Below, one piece after another: positions 27,325 through 35,770 of a stretch of DNA of 64,000 nt. The notes beneath the pieces are model-generated. The model made no database searches. It was not told the origin of the DNA and worked only from the letters and a program-made list of their open reading frames with translations. Each line of letters starts with the position of its first letter. Positions within the stretch are counted from its first letter, which is position 1. The stretch is from a virus (Duplodnaviria > Heunggongvirae > Uroviricota > Caudoviricetes): positions 46,918-110,917 of the IMG/VR virus record IMGVR_UViG_2974695582_000001; one strand, 5' to 3'. Made by a program: the position numbers and the translations under genes.

Positions 27325-28131
27325 ATGTTTGGTCGTCGTAACAAGCCTGCCTTCGTTGCTGATAACACTAAGCGAGTTCTGAAGACTGTCAAGGTTATTA
27401 AGCGTGACCCTTCTACGGCTGCTGCGCCTGTTGACATGATTAAGAAGGTTGGCGTTTCCTTCGAGAAGAAGGTTGAGTCTGCTGTCAATCTGAATAAGAA
27501 TGTCAGTGGTCCTTCTCGCGGTGTTGTTTGGAATGTAATTGGTCTGCTTGATGAGTCTTACTCTATGGACCCGTTTTTCTATGATGGCACTGTTCAGGAA
27601 ATTGTTGACCGCGTCCTTGCTTGGTCTGCATCCGTTGATGCTGATGGTCTGGTGCCTTTCGGCGGGTTTGCTAACAGTCACGTTTGGCATGGTGACGTTG
27701 ACCTGACGAACGTTAATAACGTCGTTGCTACAAATGGCTGGTCCCCGTGGGGTGGTACCAACCTTGCTGACTCTCTGAAGGCTATCCTTGACATGGTTAA
27801 GGACATGGGAGATGCTTGGCAGGAGAACCCCATCCTTCTGTTCATTGTGACGGATGGTATGCCTCAGAACCAGGCTCTTGTGAAGCAGTACATTCAGGAG
27901 CTTTCTCAGTATCCTGTGTTCATCAAGATTCTGCGGGTTGGAAATGACCCTGGCGCTAAGGCTTTTGTTGAGGACCTTGACAACATGAACACTGGTCGTC
28001 TGGTTGACAATGTTGAGGCTCCGGATGATGGTCTGCACAAGGGTATGTCTGATGACAAGTTCAATGCTGCTATGATTCACGACATGGACAAGTACGTCAA
28101 TGAGGCTACTGCGGCGGGGCTGCTTAGCTGA
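27325..28131 (+). CDS. von Willebrand factor A (vWA) domain protein (TerY-like)
   Basis: MIDAS motif LLDESYSM. Also GGTNLADSL and FIVTDG. Confidence 0.7.
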   Translation: MFGRRNKPAFVADNTKRVLKTVKVIKRDPSTAAAPVDMIKKVGVSFEKKVESAVNLNKNVSGPSRGVVWNVIGLLDESYSMDPFFYDGTVQEIVDRVLAWSASVDADGLVPFGGFANSHVWHGDVDLTNVNNVVATNGWSPWGGTNLADSLKAILDMVKDMGDAWQENPILLFIVTDGMPQNQALVKQYIQELSQYPVFIKILRVGNDPGAKAFVEDLDNMNTGRLVDNVEAPDDGLHKGMSDDKFNAAMIHDMDKYVNEATAAGLLS

Positions 28132-28301
28132 TGACAAACGAGCGACTTGATGATATGGTAGAAGCATGGCATACATCAGGTGATGAAGAAACTCGTAGTC
28201 TCCAGGAGTATCTTGGGATGAACGACTACGAGTTTCGCATCTGGGTTGTCACTGCAAAGATTCCACAGTCTTACCTTGACAGACATCCTGAGATGATGTA
28301 A
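28131..28301 (+). CDS. hypothetical small protein
   Basis: 56 aa. ATGA overlap with the vWA stop. Confidence 0.3.
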   Translation: MTNERLDDMVEAWHTSGDEETRSLQEYLGMNDYEFRIWVVTAKIPQSYLDRHPEMM

Positions 28302-28332
28302 GATATAAGAACAAGGCGTCGAAAGACGCTAT

Positions 28333-28406
28333 GGCGGCTTAGCTCATCTGGTTAGAGCGTTCCCCTCATAAGGGAAAGGCAACTGGTTCGAATCCAGTAG
28401 CCGCTA
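28333..28406 (+). tRNA. tRNA-Met (anticodon CAT; elongator or Ile-lysidine type)
   Basis: Acceptor ggcggct/agccgct. D tagctcatctggttagagc. Anticodon stem ttccc/gggaa with loop ctcataa. T-arm actgg-ttcgaat-ccagt. Confidence 0.6.
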
Positions 28407-28407
28407 C

Positions 28408-28480
28408 TGCGCGGTAGTGGAGTTCGGTTCCACGCAGGGCTCATAATCCTGAAACACCGGTTCGAATCCGGTCTGCGCCA
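28408..28480 (+). tRNA. tRNA-fMet-like initiator (anticodon CAT)
   Basis: 1:72 mismatch (T·C). GGG/CCU-type anticodon stem caggg/tcctg with loop ctcataa. T-arm accgg-ttcgaat-ccggt. Confidence 0.45.
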
Positions 28481-28481
28481 C

Positions 28482-28553
28482 GGTCCTTTAGCTTAGTTGG
28501 TAAAGCGCGGGTGTGAAGTACCTGAGTCTGCGGTTCGATTCCGTGATGGACCA
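28482..28553 (+). tRNA. tRNA-Phe (anticodon GAA)
   Basis: Acceptor ggtcctt/atggacc. D tagcttagttggtaaagc. Anticodon stem cgggt/acctg with loop gtgaagt. T-loop ttcgatt. Confidence 0.55.
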
Positions 28554-28704
28554 CGTGGTAAATACAAAGAAGAATCCATTGCACAAGGCTCAATCAAGAA
28601 TTGAAGCCGAAGCATGGATTGACAGCACTGGTAAGAGTAAGTATCCTGGTGAGAAGCTAATTATTCATCGTCAGGGTTCCGAGTGGCACGTATATAAGGG
28701 GTAA
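28513..28704 (+). CDS. hypothetical protein (5' end overlaps tRNA-Phe; true start may be internal)
   Basis: 63-aa ORF. Confidence 0.3.
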   Translation: MKYLSLRFDSVMDHVVNTKKNPLHKAQSRIEAEAWIDSTGKSKYPGEKLIIHRQGSEWHVYKG

Positions 28705-28840
28705 AGATGGGAATCTTCAGCAAGAGTCCGAAGCCTGTTTCTTCAGGTGATGATTCAACTGAGGAGGAGAAGGCAGACCAGAAGTTGAAGTTTGCTACGG
28801 CATCTGTTAGGTTTGGTCCTGTTGGTAAGAGGGAGAAGAC

Positions 28841-29056
28841 ATGGAAGACATCAGAACAGTAAGTGATGAGCGTCTTAATCGTCCTGGTCCGGGTTCTCTG
28901 ACAGACGAGCGAGCGGCTGAAGCCCTTGGTCTTGACATGGATGAACTTATCCGTATCATGGATGTATGGATGGAGTTCGCTGGTGAGAACGCCAAGGAAC
29001 GAATGAGGCGTCGCAACGAACGACTTGCAAACGCTCAGCGAACTGTGGTAAGGTAA
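28841..29056 (+). CDS. hypothetical protein
   Basis: 71-aa ORF. Confidence 0.4.
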   Translation: MEDIRTVSDERLNRPGPGSLTDERAAEALGLDMDELIRIMDVWMEFAGENAKERMRRRNERLANAQRTVVR

Positions 29057-29060
29057 TCAC

Positions 29061-29222
29061 ATGAGTTGCTTCAAGGTCAGTCAAGAGAAGTTGAAGGAAA
29101 AGATTCCGGCCATCAAGGATATCTTTCTATACATGAAGAGTGAAGAGTTTCAGCGAGAGATGGAAGAAACTCTGAAACATCCGTCAACAAGAGTCAATTA
29201 TCTTGAGTTGATGAAGCGATAA
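29061..29222 (+). CDS. hypothetical small protein
   Basis: 53-aa ORF. Confidence 0.35.
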   Translation: MSCFKVSQEKLKEKIPAIKDIFLYMKSEEFQREMEETLKHPSTRVNYLELMKR

Positions 29223-29244
29223 GTAAGACGCCCGAAAGGGCAAT

Positions 29245-29330
29245 GGATGTATAACACGTAATTGGTAGCGTCGCGGCCTGTAAAGCCGTTGTCCGAAAGG
29301 GCTCTGGGGGTTCAAGTCCCTCTGCATCCA
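29245..29330 (+). tRNA. tRNA-Tyr (anticodon GTA), type II
   Basis: Acceptor ggatgta/tgcatcc. Anticodon stem gcggc/gccgt with loop ctgtaaa. Long variable arm. T-arm ggggg-ttcaagt-ccctc. Confidence 0.55.
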
Positions 29331-29332
29331 CT

Positions 29333-29406
29333 GTGACTGTAGCATAACTGGCTAATGCACTACGTTGTGGTCGTAGCAAATGCGGGTTCAAATCCCGTCA
29401 GTCACC
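29333..29406 (+). tRNA. tRNA-His (anticodon GTG)
   Basis: Acceptor gtgactg/cagtcac. D tagcataactggctaatgc. Anticodon stem ctacg/cgtag with loop ttgtggt. T-arm gcggg-ttcaaat-cccgt. Confidence 0.6.
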
Positions 29407-29408
29407 CC

Positions 29409-29480
29409 GGTCCTTTGTTGCGAGTGGTTAGCAATCGGTCTGCAAAACCGAATACGTCGGTTCGAATCCGACAAGGGCCT
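29409..29480 (+). tRNA. tRNA-Cys (anticodon GCA)
   Basis: Acceptor ggtcctt/aagggcc. Anticodon stem tcggt/accga with loop ctgcaaa. T-arm gtcgg-ttcgaat-ccgac. Confidence 0.5.
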
Positions 29481-29859
29481 CTATACATTCCCCACCTGAA
29501 TGTAGAGGGTAACCGAAAGTGTAAAAGTCAGCTAACTGACTGCCTGTGTAAGTGGAACGGGACGCTTCTAGCAGAGCGATTTGTCTAAAGGGATAGCCCG
29601 TAAAATCCTTTAGTGCCAGAGACTACAATGTGCTAGCATTGCTGGTAGTTCCGGGGAAGAGCCTAGTCAGCTTCAGCCGGTTTTGTTATAGTAGCAATAA
29701 AAGTAATAAGGTGTTTCACCAGTCGTCACCTTGTAAATCTAGGCTGGAGTAGCTAATCAAAGTTAGGGGCGTGGAGCCCAAACCTTTGAGAATGGCCGGG
29801 GATGGTTCTCCCTGCTGCGAATGAACCCTAGAGCGTAAGCTAGTTAATCTTACGCACAT

Positions 29860-29931
29860 TCCCTCGTAGCTCAACGGCAGAGCAGAGAGCTGTTAACTCT
29901 AAGGTTGTTGGTTCGAGTCCAGCCGGGGGAG
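29860..29931 (+). tRNA. tRNA-Asn (anticodon GTT)
   Basis: Acceptor tccctcg/cggggga. D tagctcaacggcagagc. Loop ctgttaa. T-arm gttgg-ttcgagt-ccagc. Confidence 0.5.
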
Positions 29932-30040
29932 CTTGGTGGTATCGGTTGAATACCCACAAAGGATAATCCGTATATCCTGGTAGACGCGCTTTCGCGGCGG
30001 GTTATCTGAATGTAAAGGAGTCACGTCCAATCAACCACTT

Positions 30041-30111
30041 GCCTCTATGGTGTAAAGGATGCACAATAGTCTTCGGAACTATTAGTCCGGGTTCGAATCC
30101 TGGTGGGGGTA
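30041..30111 (+). tRNA. tRNA-Arg (anticodon TCG)
   Basis: Acceptor gcctcta/tgggggt (G·U rich). D gtgt...gcac. Anticodon stem atagt/actat with loop cttcgga. T-arm ccggg-ttcgaat-cctgg. Confidence 0.5.
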
Positions 30112-30131
30112 CTTTAATAGAAGGAGATGAG

Positions 30132-30308
30132 ATGCCGACTGTAAGAGTTGGAGAAATCGTCAAGATTACTGGTGGACAGCGTTCAGGCAACAAGGCTAAG
30201 GTCTTGGCTAACCTGAACGCTTTTGCAATTAAGGCGCAAGTTATCGGTGGTAAGCATGATGGTCAGATTTTAGAAAACGTCAGATTCAACCATTACGAGA
30301 AGGCTTGA
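30132..30308 (+). CDS. hypothetical small protein
   Basis: ATG after AGGAGATGAG. 58 aa. Confidence 0.4.
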   Translation: MPTVRVGEIVKITGGQRSGNKAKVLANLNAFAIKAQVIGGKHDGQILENVRFNHYEKA

Positions 30309-30333
30309 CACCAATCTTGGGCTGAGTTACACT
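30305..30333 (+). promoter_or_regulatory. promoter TTGACA-N17-TACACT
   Basis: Upstream of tRNA-Arg(CCT). Confidence 0.4.
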
Positions 30334-30343
30334 TGGCTCATGA

Positions 30344-30415
30344 GCTTCTGAAGTTCAACGGATGAACAACTCCCTCCTAAGGAGTAGGCTGCTGGTTCGA
30401 ATCCAGTCAGGAGCA
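30344..30415 (+). tRNA. tRNA-Arg (anticodon CCT)
   Basis: Acceptor gcttctg/caggagc. D aagttcaacggatgaac. Anticodon stem actcc/ggagt with loop ctcctaa. T-arm gctgg-ttcgaat-ccagt. Confidence 0.55.
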
Positions 30416-30720
30416 CTTCAGTTCTGGTAAAAATCCAGTCTGAGTTTATACAGAGTTTGGAAGGTAAGCCGGTTCGATTCCGGCAGACTGATGGGTCAGG
30501 GCGCGGTTCGAGTCCGCTATATAAATATGGGTGCAAATAGGGTAGCTCCCGCCGAGTCAGGTTCGAATCCTGGCACTCTGTATAAAGCTTACAAGACACG
30601 GGGGCTTGGCCCGTCCTCCAATCATGAGTCTTGGGTCTCAGTCCAATCGAGATTTAGAGTTAACGGGCTTGCCAGGGGTAGCTTGGTTTCGACTTTGCTG
30701 GATGACATATGAACGCAACC
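30416..30720 (+). other. cluster of degenerate tRNA fragments / T-arm-like hairpins (no intact cloverleaf)
   Basis: Four GGTTCGA(A/T/G)TCC T-arm hairpins, at 30470, 30497, 30560 and about 30690. One has a perfect 7-bp acceptor-like pairing (cagtctg/cagactg) but only about 25 nt between acceptor and T-arm. Confidence 0.4.
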
Positions 30721-30883
30721 CTTCTTGGTCAAAGAAGTAAAACGGGCCAAAACAATAAATGCAAACTCTAAGAATGCATCTGCATACGCCCTTGCGGCGT
30801 AAGAGCCGGGTTTGTCGTTGACCTAGGAACAGAACAACGACTAGACAAAATGTGTAGATAATGTGTAAGACCCTTCAGTGTGA

Positions 30884-30912
30884 TTGACATGGTTGTGTAA
30901 CGGTTATATGCT
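30884..30912 (+). promoter_or_regulatory. promoter TTGACA-N17-TATGCT
   Basis: Drives the downstream small ORF. The 5'UTR contains a T-arm-like hairpin gcgggttcgactcccgc. Confidence 0.45.
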
Positions 30913-30968
30913 AGATAGTAAAGGACGCGGGTTCGACTCCCGCCTACTCCACACAGAAAGATAAGGTA

Positions 30969-31148
30969 ATGAAAGTAAGCAATCTCTACATCTACGGTTC
31001 CAGTGAGTTCCTAAGTAGACTGGAAGAAGAGTACGTATTCATGGGTAGACAAGTGAGGCTTGAGGATGGTAGGCTTATCGTATTCGCTCTTCCAAAGAAG
31101 CGAAAGAAGCGTAATGGTCCTCAGAAGGGTCGTCAGCGGAGACGTTGA
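30969..31148 (+). CDS. hypothetical small basic protein
   Basis: 59 aa. C-terminus is KKRKKRNGPQKGRQRRR. Confidence 0.35.
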   Translation: MKVSNLYIYGSSEFLSRLEEEYVFMGRQVRLEDGRLIVFALPKKRKKRNGPQKGRQRRR

Positions 31149-31595
31149 CAGGCAGGGTCGAAACCTGCTAAGGTATAATCAAGAGGTCAGGCAGTCGGAC
31201 AAGGCTTAGGCGGGTGAGAGTAGTTCAAGCGGTGGTAACTTAAATGCCCACTTAATGATGCTCAACAAACCGGTGGGATGCGAGTGGACTAGTCCTGACC
31301 TCTTAAGCTTCAATCTGTGGATAACGAAAGGGGTCCGGCGTTCTGTGAACTGGCAGTCGGGTAGCCTGGCATGATACAATAAGCCTCTAGCGGGGCTAGT
31401 CACCCAAGAGTAAAGTTCATTGAGGGTGAGCAGATTGAAACCTCGGTTGCGAGAGGGCCAACGGGTATGCTAAGGTGGTGTACAACACCAAAGCACAAAG
31501 GAGATAGGAGCACCAATTAAATGGGTGCTGTGTATCGCAACCAAGCTTCCTTCGTAAGCTGTAATGTAGTAAACAAAAACACGAAGGGTATTAAA

Positions 31596-32483
31596 ATGGG
31601 TTACATTGTTTTCGCTAGCATCTTTATCCTTATTGGACTGATTGCTTTTGGAGTCAGCTTCGCTGCACGAAATGAGCCGGGGGTTCGTAAGGGTGCATAT
31701 GGTGTAGTTGCGGGAATGTTTGTACTGCTTCTGGTTACAACTGCTTTCAATTCTGTTACTAGTGTCGGTGCTCGTAGTGTTGGTATTCAGACCGCTTTTG
31801 GTCGATACCAGGGAACGCTTGACAATGGTCTTCAGATTGTTGCTCCGTGGTCCGAGCATGAGGATTTCTCTACTCGAATGCAGTACCTTGACCTTGACGG
31901 AGAAAAGTGGAGTGATGGTGCTCCGGTAACTTTTAGCGACGGTGGTTCTGGTGTTGTGTTCGCTACTCCTCGTTGGGAGATTAGCGAGAATGGTGCTGGT
32001 GACCTCTGGAAGAAGTACAAGAACTTTGATGCTGTTCGTGACCAGCTCGTTAAGTCTTCCGCTAAGGATTCTTTCCGTGCAGTCATGACTGACTACAGCC
32101 CGAATGAGGCTCGTGCGAAGGTGCGTGAGGTTACTGCTAAGGTGAAGGATGACCTTCAGAGTACCCTTGGCAAGTACGGTATCAAGGTTGACTCCATTAG
32201 CATTCGTGACATCGGTCTGAACAAGCGTGCTCAGGATTCTCTTGACAAGGTCGTAGAGGCTAAGAACAAGATTGAGCGTGCAAAGGCAGAGCAGGAGCAG
32301 GCCAAGATTGAGGCTGAGACTGTGAAGATTCGCGAGAAGAGTGGTCAGCTTACTCCTGAGGCTCTTGCTAACAGGTGTCTTGACATCATGGACAAGTGGA
32401 GTAAGAACAACAACGGTACTGCTCCCGCTGCTGGCTTCGGCTGTGGTAGTGTGGGTGTTCCGTTCACTGTCACCAACAAGTGA
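31596..32483 (+). CDS. SPFH/Band-7 (prohibitin/HflK-like) domain membrane protein
   Basis: N-terminal TM helix. SPFH core VGIQTAFGRYQGTLDNGLQIVAPW. Ala/Glu-rich coiled coil. Confidence 0.7.
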   Translation: MGYIVFASIFILIGLIAFGVSFAARNEPGVRKGAYGVVAGMFVLLLVTTAFNSVTSVGARSVGIQTAFGRYQGTLDNGLQIVAPWSEHEDFSTRMQYLDLDGEKWSDGAPVTFSDGGSGVVFATPRWEISENGAGDLWKKYKNFDAVRDQLVKSSAKDSFRAVMTDYSPNEARAKVREVTAKVKDDLQSTLGKYGIKVDSISIRDIGLNKRAQDSLDKVVEAKNKIERAKAEQEQAKIEAETVKIREKSGQLTPEALANRCLDIMDKWSKNNNGTAPAAGFGCGSVGVPFTVTNK

Positions 32484-32531
32484 CGGGTGCGGGCTTCGGC
32501 CCGCAAGCTTATTACTAACGAGGGAGTTGAA

Positions 32532-32825
32532 ATGGCTACCGGTAAGGAACGCGGCTTTAAGGACTGGCACGGAAGTAAGGGTTTCCGTCGTAGCGCTCGT
32601 AATTACACTGAGCCTGACGAAATTACTCGCTCTCCTTCTAAGCCCAAGAACACTAAGAAGTGGTGTAAGGGTGTTGTAGGACGTAAGCACACGCTTGCTC
32701 TTTACAACAAGTACACCTTTACTCACAACTACAAGTGCCTGAAGTGCGGAAAGGAATTCTGGGGTAAGCTTAACCTGGACAATTTCGATATGGTTGAAAT
32801 GACCTGGGAACAGGTCAATGGCTGA
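32532..32825 (+). CDS. hypothetical zinc-ribbon protein
   Basis: ATG after GAGGGAG. Contains CKG...CLKCG. Confidence 0.45.
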   Translation: MATGKERGFKDWHGSKGFRRSARNYTEPDEITRSPSKPKNTKKWCKGVVGRKHTLALYNKYTFTHNYKCLKCGKEFWGKLNLDNFDMVEMTWEQVNG

Positions 32826-32904
32826 TTTCCTAGTTGACTAGTTGGACATGGATTTCCTCCCAAGATATAATGGTTATACAATCCATCAAAGTTGGGAGGA
32901 AATT

Positions 32905-33321
32905 ATGAGCGATACTTTCCTAGAACAAATGGGATTTAAGTTCATCTCCGACCTTTTGACGGAAATCCGAGATGGCCAAAAGAGATTGGAGGATAAAATG
33001 GCAGACCTACAGACTGAAGTTGTAGAACTTCGTGAAGCAGTTTCAGGCGTTTCAGCACGTGTTGACGCTCTCGTTGGTCCACTCACGGACGCCGTTAGAG
33101 AGGCACAGGATGCTCTAGCAGCCGAAAGAGAGGCAGCAGCTAATCTTGCAGCAGCGGAGGACCAGGAGGACGTTGAGCAGAACCAGGCTCTTGCAGACGC
33201 CAAGGCAGCGACAGACGCAGCCCTAGCAAATGCTCAGCAGGCCGCTGATGAAATCAGTGCCGAGACTGACCGCCTTAATGCAGTTGCTCAGCCAACAACC
33301 CCAGAAGAGCCTCAGGCTTGA
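32905..33321 (+). CDS. hypothetical coiled-coil protein (Ala/Gln/Glu-rich)
   Basis: ATG after GGAGGAAA. Low-complexity coiled coil. Confidence 0.45.
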   Translation: MSDTFLEQMGFKFISDLLTEIRDGQKRLEDKMADLQTEVVELREAVSGVSARVDALVGPLTDAVREAQDALAAEREAAANLAAAEDQEDVEQNQALADAKAATDAALANAQQAADEISAETDRLNAVAQPTTPEEPQA

Positions 33322-33348
33322 TTCTGATACGATAACTAAATAGCTTGG

Positions 33349-33372
33349 GAACCCCGCTTCGGCGGGGTTTTC
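33349..33372 (+). terminator. Rho-independent terminator
   Basis: CCCCGCttcgGCGGGGtttt. Confidence 0.6.
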
Positions 33373-33390
33373 CTGTTCTAAGGAGAATTT

Positions 33391-33648
33391 ATGAAGAGTC
33401 GTAAGAAGTTTCTCTGCCTTGATTGTAAGGTGGACACGGGTAAGATTGGTGAGCACTACATGCTTGTTGATGAGACCTGGCACTTGACTGGTCTCCGAAA
33501 GTATGGGATGCTCTGTATTGAACACGTTGAGAGCCGGATTGGAAGAGAGCTTGTTCCGTCTGACTTCAACAACAGTTATTTGAACAATGCCCGAACGGGC
33601 ATCATTAGCCAGAAGCTTGCTAGCAGGATGGGCCTTCTGGTATCATAG
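33391..33648 (+). CDS. hypothetical protein
   Basis: 85-aa ORF after AAGGAGAA. Contains CLDCK. Confidence 0.45.
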   Translation: MKSRKKFLCLDCKVDTGKIGEHYMLVDETWHLTGLRKYGMLCIEHVESRIGRELVPSDFNNSYLNNARTGIISQKLASRMGLLVS

Positions 33649-33656
33649 ATTTATCG

Positions 33657-33810
33657 TCCCTGTAGCTTAAAAGGAAGAGCGCAGTAAAAACGGAGACTGG
33701 TCATGATAGGATGGTTGCAGAAGCACCGAATGGCTTTAGCGGGTCTGTAGGGAAGCGCGTTATCCAAGCCTATCTAACATTGGGTGTGAGTTCGAATCTC
33801 ACCAGGGACA
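33657..33810 (+). ncRNA. tRNA-like RNA with about 80-nt insertion (YrlA-like Y RNA candidate, or intron-containing tRNA)
   Basis: Perfect 7-bp acceptor gtccctg/cagggac. D-arm tagcttaaaaggaagagc. T-arm gtgag-ttcgaat-ctcac. The insert carries GATAGGATGG and CCTATCTAACATTGG, which are Y-motif-like. Confidence 0.45.
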
Positions 33811-33981
33811 CATGGGTATTTTAAGAGTTGGTGCACAGGTAATTGTATGTGAAAATCATACACACAATGGTAGAAATTGGAAGGACGTAACGGGATACGT
33901 TTTGATGATTACCCGCAAGACAGTGACAATTTCAACTTCTCATGGTCAGATTAACCTTCCTAGAAATAAGGTGGTTGCAGT

Positions 33982-34260
33982 ATGAGTTACATTGTTTACC
34001 GAGATGTATTTGGAATGGAACAGGAAGATACTCTTCTGGATAAGATTGATAAGCTGGATGACGAAATCATCAAGAGGTATCAGCAAGGATATGTTGATGA
34101 TGAATTCGGGCCGGGTATGAGTCTTGAAGAGGCTGAGGCTTATGTAAAGGAGAAGGGTTATCATTGCTATCCATTCCCTGAGCCTCGTAGTTTTGATACT
34201 CTTCTCATCCTGTATAAGATGATTGAGAATGGAGAGATTAATTTTGAATTTCCGAAGTAA
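33982..34260 (+). CDS. hypothetical protein
   Basis: 92-aa ORF. Confidence 0.45.
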   Translation: MSYIVYRDVFGMEQEDTLLDKIDKLDDEIIKRYQQGYVDDEFGPGMSLEEAEAYVKEKGYHCYPFPEPRSFDTLLILYKMIENGEINFEFPK

Positions 34261-34264
34261 GACA

Positions 34265-34846
34265 ATGATTGGTTTGAGTGCACTGGTTGCTGCTGTTATT
34301 CCGGCAACATTTATGGCTACTGCTGAAGGTGCAACTCCCAAGACGTTGAAGGCTTATACGACTGGGTATTCGTGGTATGATAATACTCCTGCGGGTTCTG
34401 GTGATATCAGCCACCCTGTTCTGCATAGGAAGGCTGGTGGTAAGGGAACATATACCGACCCTGTAACTATTGCGGTTGGTCATTCCATTATTAATGGAAA
34501 GGATATTCTGGATTACCCCAAGGGTACTAAGTTTTATATTCCAAATGTTCGCAAGTATTTCATTGTTGAAGATACTTGCGGGGACGGAAGGACTCCTCAA
34601 AATGGGCCATGTCACAGCTTGACCAAGGCTCCAAAGGGTGTTACAGTATGGCTAGACCTTTGGATTGGTGGTGGGTCTTCTACTCGCAAGCAGGCAGATG
34701 ACTGTATGTCCAAGGTGACAGATGGAAACGGAGCAATCCACACAGCCATCTTGAATCCTCGCAAGGACTATGTTACAGTCAGTGGAGACATTCTTCTCAA
34801 TGGCAAGTGTCGTGCTAGTTACGGAAACACAGCAAAGGTGAGGTAA
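34265..34846 (+). CDS. secreted protein, possible RlpA/3D-domain-like cell-wall binding or hydrolase
   Basis: Signal peptide MIGLSALVAAVIPATFMATAEG. Mature region YTTGYSWYDNTPAGSG...CGDG (DPBB/3D-like). Confidence 0.35.
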   Translation: MIGLSALVAAVIPATFMATAEGATPKTLKAYTTGYSWYDNTPAGSGDISHPVLHRKAGGKGTYTDPVTIAVGHSIINGKDILDYPKGTKFYIPNVRKYFIVEDTCGDGRTPQNGPCHSLTKAPKGVTVWLDLWIGGGSSTRKQADDCMSKVTDGNGAIHTAILNPRKDYVTVSGDILLNGKCRASYGNTAKVR

Positions 34847-35014
34847 TGGGACTCTTTAATCGTACTGGTTTTAGCAAGGGTCAGAAGGTTTATGTTGTAA
34901 AGAAGGCCGAATACGGCCGGATTACCGAAATCAAGCGTGATGGCATGATTAAGGTAGATGGATACAAGACTGGGGAGATGTGGGTTCGAGCAACCGACAT
35001 TGAGTCAGGTAATT
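34847..35014 (+). CDS. hypothetical small protein (KOW-like)
   Basis: 55 aa. ATG overlaps the upstream stop. Confidence 0.35.
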
Positions 35015-35034
35015 GATAAAGCCCTTCGGGGCAT

Positions 35035-35124
35035 GGAAGTGTGGCTGAGTCCGGTTTAAGGCGCTTCACTGCTAATGAAGTGGTTTCGTAAAGAGGCCCG
35101 CAGGTTCGAATCCTGTCACTTCCG
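35035..35124 (+). tRNA. tRNA-Ser (anticodon GCT), type II
   Basis: Acceptor ggaagtg/cacttcc. Anticodon stem cttca/tgaag with loop ctgctaa. Long variable arm. T-arm gcagg-ttcgaat-cctgt. Confidence 0.6.
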
Positions 35125-35143
35125 CGTATTGTATAATAGTTCC

Positions 35144-35455
35144 ATGAGTCTATTTCAAGGAACACCTAAGTATCAGCAGAGCGGGTTCATCAAGAAACAT
35201 TCCTTGAGCCTTGCTCTGCTGACTCTTTTTGTGGTACAGTCAATCATTGTCTGGTGCAGTGGCTACTCCGACTGGAGAGCTGACCAGATTACACACAAGC
35301 AGGATGTTGCAATCTGGCCGGGGTTCGTGGTTTACTATCTCTACCAGATGTCAGTCAGCATCGTAGCTGATACATACGGGGCTCTCCTTCTGGTACTATT
35401 TGCTAAATGGTTCTATGAAAAGGGAAGCCCAGAGTCAAACGACGAGGAGAAGTAA
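35144..35455 (+). CDS. hypothetical membrane protein
   Basis: 103 aa with three predicted TM helices. Confidence 0.45.
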   Translation: MSLFQGTPKYQQSGFIKKHSLSLALLTLFVVQSIIVWCSGYSDWRADQITHKQDVAIWPGFVVYYLYQMSVSIVADTYGALLLVLFAKWFYEKGSPESNDEEK

Positions 35456-35734
35456 TTGCTAACATGGCTTTTGAGCAGCGCCGTACTCGGTGTTATGCTA
35501 GCCATTCTTAGGTTGGGTTGGAAGGTTATTCGCGGATATGATAAGGCTCGAAAAGAGCTTATTCCGGCAGTTTCTTCAAATAGAGCTGGGGTAACCATTC
35601 TAAGACGCAAAAAGTTCAGAGCGGTTAAAACAGCTCTAGGCTTCAAAGAGCTTGCTGGGGGTCATATCAACTATAAAGAATATGAACCTCAACGCAATAT
35701 GAGCATTATGGAATACAACCTTACACTCAAGTGA
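35456..35734 (+). CDS. hypothetical membrane protein
   Basis: 92 aa with an N-terminal TM helix. Confidence 0.45.
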   Translation: MLTWLLSSAVLGVMLAILRLGWKVIRGYDKARKELIPAVSSNRAGVTILRRKKFRAVKTALGFKELAGGHINYKEYEPQRNMSIMEYNLTLK

Positions 35735-35770
35735 TTTGCATTTTAACTACACGGCATGTATAGTTAAAGT

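Noticed and set aside
27304-28176. 290-aa minus-strand ORF
   Set aside because: Antisense to the vWA gene. No start context. Judged spurious.
29482-29859. tmRNA candidate
   Set aside because: No tRNA-like 3' end (T-arm + ACCA) and no plausible tag ORF ending in ...AA stop. Kept only as an unexplained structured spacer.
30039-30131. N-terminal extension of ORF 30039..30308
   Set aside because: The first 90 nt are tRNA-Arg(TCG). The real start is the ATG at 30132, preceded by AGGAGATGAG.
30925-30941. T-arm-like hairpin GCGGGTTCGACTCCCGC considered as a tRNA 3' half
   Set aside because: No acceptor, D or anticodon arm could be formed. It lies just downstream of a TTGACA/TATGCT promoter, so it is interpreted as a 5'UTR hairpin.
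31470-32726. 418-aa minus-strand ORF
   Set aside because: Antisense to the SPFH/Band-7 gene. Its composition is Ser/Thr/Leu-rich and repetitive, typical of an antisense ORF.
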